The notes below the pieces were generated by a model. The model had not been told where the DNA came from, ran no database searches, and saw only the letters and a list, made by a program, of their open reading frames with translations. The position numbers were made by a program, and so were the translations under genes. Shown here piece by piece: positions 60,728 through 64,000 of a DNA stretch of 64,000 bases. This stretch comes from an uncultured delta proteobacterium. Its GTDB lineage: Bacteria > Desulfobacterota > Syntrophia > Syntrophales > UBA5619. How positions within the stretch are numbered: position 1 is the first letter of the stretch; each line of letters begins with the position of its first letter. Location of the stretch: positions 96,001 through 160,000 of the forward strand of contig CAWFOM010000008.1 in the NCBI GenBank assembly GCA_963817385.1, given 5' to 3'.

Positions 60728-61657
60728 ATGGCGCAGAGAGATACAGACATCAGAACGAAGATCGCCGGATGGATCGGATTGTCGCGCCCGCCCTTCCACA
60801 CCGTCGGGATACTGCCTTTCCTTCTCGGAACAGTGTTGGCCTGGCGTCTGGACAAAATCTTCAATATCACTACCTTCGCTCTCGGCGTCCTCGGCGTTGC
60901 ACTGGTCATGCTTTCGACCTACCATGCCGGTGAGTATTTCTCCGACGGGGAGGATGAACGATCCAAGCGCCTCTTCCGGCGCCGTTTCGCCGGAGGAGCG
61001 GGGGTGATCCCGGATCGGATGCTCCCCCGCCCCGTCGCTCTGTGGACCGGCATCATCGCGATCACCCTAGCCGTGATCATTGGGCTCATCCTCCAATTCG
61101 GACTGCAAACCGGCCCGCTCACGCTCCTGCTGGGCTGCATTGGCGTGCTCCCCGGAGTTTTCTACTCCACACGGCTCATCCGCCTGGCAGAAAAGGGGTT
61201 CGGCGAACTGTTCATCGGTTTCTGCTATAGCTGGCTCCCAATCGCCTCCGCCTTCTATATCCAGCGGGGTTACATCGCCCCTTGCATCCACTGGATGGCC
61301 TGGCCGATCGGGCTTTCCATCTTCAACGTCATCCTGCTCAACGAGTTTCTGGGTCTGCCTGCCGACACGCTCGACGGCAAGATGAATCTCCTCGTCCGGT
61401 TGGGAAAGGCCAACGGGATGGCACTCTATGTCCTGGTCTCTATCCTCTCCTGGTCCTGCATGTATTTTTCTCTTAGGACGGGCATTCCGAGAAAGGCCCT
61501 TTATCTCTACTTGCCCGTGATGGCCCTGTCGGCGTGGATTTGTCTGATGATGGCCAGAAAGAAATACGAAAACCCCCTTTTCCTGGAACTGCTCTGCGGA
61601 CTCACCATCGCCGTCAATCTCGGCACTACGGTCGCCTACATGCTGGCATTTCTCTGA
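60728..61657 (+). CDS. UbiA/MenA-family prenyltransferase-like membrane protein (degenerate Asp motifs)
   Basis: SRPPF N-terminus, GVFYS, KGFGEL, D..GK.NL; multiple TM helices. Confidence 0.75.
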   Translation: MAQRDTDIRTKIAGWIGLSRPPFHTVGILPFLLGTVLAWRLDKIFNITTFALGVLGVALVMLSTYHAGEYFSDGEDERSKRLFRRRFAGGAGVIPDRMLPRPVALWTGIIAITLAVIIGLILQFGLQTGPLTLLLGCIGVLPGVFYSTRLIRLAEKGFGELFIGFCYSWLPIASAFYIQRGYIAPCIHWMAWPIGLSIFNVILLNEFLGLPADTLDGKMNLLVRLGKANGMALYVLVSILSWSCMYFSLRTGIPRKALYLYLPVMALSAWICLMMARKKYENPLFLELLCGLTIAVNLGTTVAYMLAFL

Positions 61658-61761
61658 TCCGTCCCGTGGCCGGTACAGTCTTCCACAGGTAATTGACTTT
61701 GAAAAGCTCCGCACCTTCACCCGGAAATCTTAGCAGGCCGAGCGCAAAAGACGATTGTCCC

Positions 61762-63018
61762 TCAAGGTCGAACGGCGCCCTCACCCGAGCGCCCGTTCGG
61801 ACGTTTCTTCACGAGGAAATAGAGCTCTCCTCTCTCCGTCAGGCTTCCTGCAAGCATCTCCGCCTCATCGCCGCTCCCGCAGAAGAGATCGACCCGTCCC
61901 GGCCCCTTGATCACACCGCCCGCATCCTGACTGATGACGAAACGGGAAAAGGGGGTCCAGGATTCCACATTGCCATCCTTGTCGAGTGTCGGTTTCCTCG
62001 CCCGCATAAAGGCCAGCGCCCCGCGCGGAAAGACGGCGGCATCGGTCGCAATGGAGCGGCCCGCCGTCAGGATCGCGCCGAGGGAACCGACAGGCCCTTC
62101 GGTTACTTCACGGAAAAACATAAAACTCTCGTTGTGGCCGAGGATCTCCGAGAGATCCTCCGGGTGTTCCCGGAGATAGCGTTTGATCGACTGGTAGGAA
62201 ATCTCCTGAGGCGAGATCCTTCCCGTGTCCACCAGAAATCGGGACAGGCTCTGGAAGGGGCGCCCATTCTTCAGCGCATAGCCGATCTGCAGGAGCGTAC
62301 CATCCGGAAGCCTGATCTTGCCGGAACCCTGCGTATGGAGGAAAAAGAGGCCGATCCGGTCATCCACCCAGGCGATCTCAAGATTCCGACCCGCAAGTGA
62401 ACCGAGGTCTTCGATCTCGCTCCGGCTGTAGTAGGAAACAAGTTCGCCGTTTTTCACCCGGCCGACCAGTTGTTCATTTTGGTATTTTTCCGCAAATTTG
62501 CCGAGATTGACAACGACGGCATCGTCCGGCGCCTTGTAGACCGGATATCGGTATTTCTCGGTCTTCTTCAGCGAACCCCTCATGATCGGTTCGAAATAGC
62601 CGGTAAACAAAACGGTGTTCTTCCCATCCAAACCGGTCGACTGATAAACGTCGAATGTCTCCCGGATCCGCACCTGCTTGGCTTCGTCGGACTCGTCGCG
62701 CCGGAGGATTTCCCGGAGAGCGAGGAGGGATTCCCGCAATTCCCGAACGGTGACGAACGTATCATCCATCCGGCGAGGGCCGTTACCGGCGGCGCGGCTG
62801 TAATACTGGAGACTCTTTTCCATGGCCTTTTCCAGCGAGGCCAGATCCATGTCATCGGCGAAAACCGGAATTTTGTCCTCGGGAAGCCGGACAAGCGGGG
62901 GAGGCGGTTTCACACTGACCGGCGGCGGTACCGGCCGCGGCGTCGGTATTTTCATCCGGGCAGCGCAACCGGCAAGAAAAAATAGGACCAGCAAAAGGAT
63001 CAGTGCGCGTCTCGCCAT
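61762..63018 (-). CDS. mltA: Membrane-bound lytic murein transglycosylase A
   Basis: Lipobox LAGC, FTGYFEP, QGSG, SIATD, QDAGGVIKGPGRVDLF. Confidence 0.92.
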   Translation of the reverse strand: MARRALILLLVLFFLAGCAARMKIPTPRPVPPPVSVKPPPPLVRLPEDKIPVFADDMDLASLEKAMEKSLQYYSRAAGNGPRRMDDTFVTVRELRESLLALREILRRDESDEAKQVRIRETFDVYQSTGLDGKNTVLFTGYFEPIMRGSLKKTEKYRYPVYKAPDDAVVVNLGKFAEKYQNEQLVGRVKNGELVSYYSRSEIEDLGSLAGRNLEIAWVDDRIGLFFLHTQGSGKIRLPDGTLLQIGYALKNGRPFQSLSRFLVDTGRISPQEISYQSIKRYLREHPEDLSEILGHNESFMFFREVTEGPVGSLGAILTAGRSIATDAAVFPRGALAFMRARKPTLDKDGNVESWTPFSRFVISQDAGGVIKGPGRVDLFCGSGDEAEMLAGSLTERGELYFLVKKRPNGRSGEGAVRP

Positions 63019-63019
63019 C

Positions 63020-63478
63020 TCACAGTTCCAGAATCATGGCGACTTCATCGCAGAAATCGGGGTATTTGGAGCAGCGGAAGCAGTCCGACCAGATCTTCTC
63101 GGGGAGCGTGGAGCGCTCGACATCCCGGAAGCTGAGTTTCCGGAAAAACTCCCGCTTGTAGGTAAGCGTGAAAATCCGGAAGAGCTCCAGCGTGATCGCC
63201 TCCGAGATGCAGGCCTCCACGAGATTGCGCCCGATCCCTTCTTTTCTGTGCTCCTCATCCACATAGAGGGAGCGGATCTCCGCCAGGTTCTCCCAGATGA
63301 TGCTCATCGCGCAGATCCCGAGAATTTCATCCTTCCCGTCATCCTGATAAATGAAGAAATCGCGAAGACTGCCATAGATATCCATCAGCGAACGGGGAAG
63401 CATTTCCCCCCTCCCCGAAGAGATATTGATCAGTCGATGAATGGTCTTGACATCCCCGATACGGGCCTTTCTCAGCAT
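63020..63478 (-). CDS. GNAT N-acetyltransferase (short ArgA-like)
   Basis: MLPRS, LAEIRSL, FTLTY, LPEKIWSDC. Confidence 0.85.
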   Translation of the reverse strand: MLRKARIGDVKTIHRLINISSGRGEMLPRSLMDIYGSLRDFFIYQDDGKDEILGICAMSIIWENLAEIRSLYVDEEHRKEGIGRNLVEACISEAITLELFRIFTLTYKREFFRKLSFRDVERSTLPEKIWSDCFRCSKYPDFCDEVAMILEL

Positions 63479-63581
63479 TCCTCACTCCCGGGGCGTACGT
63501 CGCCCTGCCAGATGAACTCCTTGACTTCCTCACGCCGGCCGCCGGGTTAACCCGCTCCGACCCGCCGATCTTGATTGAACA

Positions 63582-64000
63582 TTATCGGCGCCCGGCAGAG
63601 ATCATCTCCCGTGCATGATCCCGCGCCGTTTCCGTAAGCTCAACTCCGCCCAGCATCCGGGCGATCTCCTCCAAACGCTCCTCCTCGGTAAGGATGGCGA
63701 CGGAGGTGTTCGTCCTCTCCCCGGCGACCCGCTTCACCACCCGGTAATGCCGGTCTCCGCAGCAGGCGATCTGCGGGAGATGGGTAATGCAGAGGACCTG
63801 ATGATGCCGGGAAACCTCTCTGAGCTTCTGACCAACGATCTCCGCAGTCGCGCCGCCGATGCCGCTGTCGACCTCGTCAAAGACGATTGTCCCCACCGAA
63901 CCGGTTCGGGCCAGCACCTTCTTCAGGGCGAGCATGATTCGGGAGAGCTCTCCGCCGGAGGCAATCGCCCGAAGCGGCTTGAGCTCCTCGCCCACGTTCG
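63582..64000 (-). CDS. recN: DNA repair protein RecN (3' part; truncated by window edge)
   Basis: IASGGELSRIMLAL, FDEVDSGIGG, CITHLPQIA, EIARMLGG. Confidence 0.95.
   Translation of the reverse strand, partial: NVGEELKPLRAIASGGELSRIMLALKKVLARTGSVGTIVFDEVDSGIGGATAEIVGQKLREVSRHHQVLCITHLPQIACCGDRHYRVVKRVAGERTNTSVAILTEEERLEEIARMLGGVELTETARDHAREMISAGRR

Noticed and set aside
1..64000. CRISPR array, rRNA, transposase or integrase
   Set aside because: No repeat-spacer periodicity or matching motifs seen; the only tandem repeats are 12-bp x3 and the 21-bp-phased enhancer-like sites

Overview
GC-rich bacterial chromosomal window whose gene content and order point to an anaerobic deltaproteobacterium (Desulfobacterota, Syntrophales-like; inference). 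It is mostly core genes: rpsR-yybS-rplI-dnaB, rpoH/clpB-htpX, ispE-tRNA-Gln-prs-rplY-pth, a membrane pyrophosphatase, a second EF-G, an RND efflux operon, a Fur-family regulator with a Zn/Mn ABC transporter, sodB, radC, cheW/MCP, IHF/HU, rluB-scpAB-trpS, mltA and recN. The main result is a six-gene minus-strand operon at 35084-41782 (mvhD, fdhB-like, fdhA, hdrA, hdrC, hdrB). Three of its genes are split in the ORF track by in-frame UGA codons at conserved Cys positions, each followed by a SECIS-like hairpin. This indicates a formate dehydrogenase-heterodisulfide reductase complex with three selenoproteins, apparently transcribed as a leaderless mRNA from a promoter abutting a 3x12-bp repeat. 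Other unannotated elements: a complete sigma54 promoter plus enhancer driving an orphan transcript with sRNA-like hairpins (14.3-15.1 kb), a second sigma54 module with 21-bp-phased enhancer sites driving a pseudo-receiver/HTH/cheW/MCP unit, and a 38-aa basic ORF coupled to a DUF4301 gene. Several single-base indels (ispE, znuA, znuB, sodB, MCP, scpA) look like long-read consensus errors. All calls are by eye; no database searches were run.
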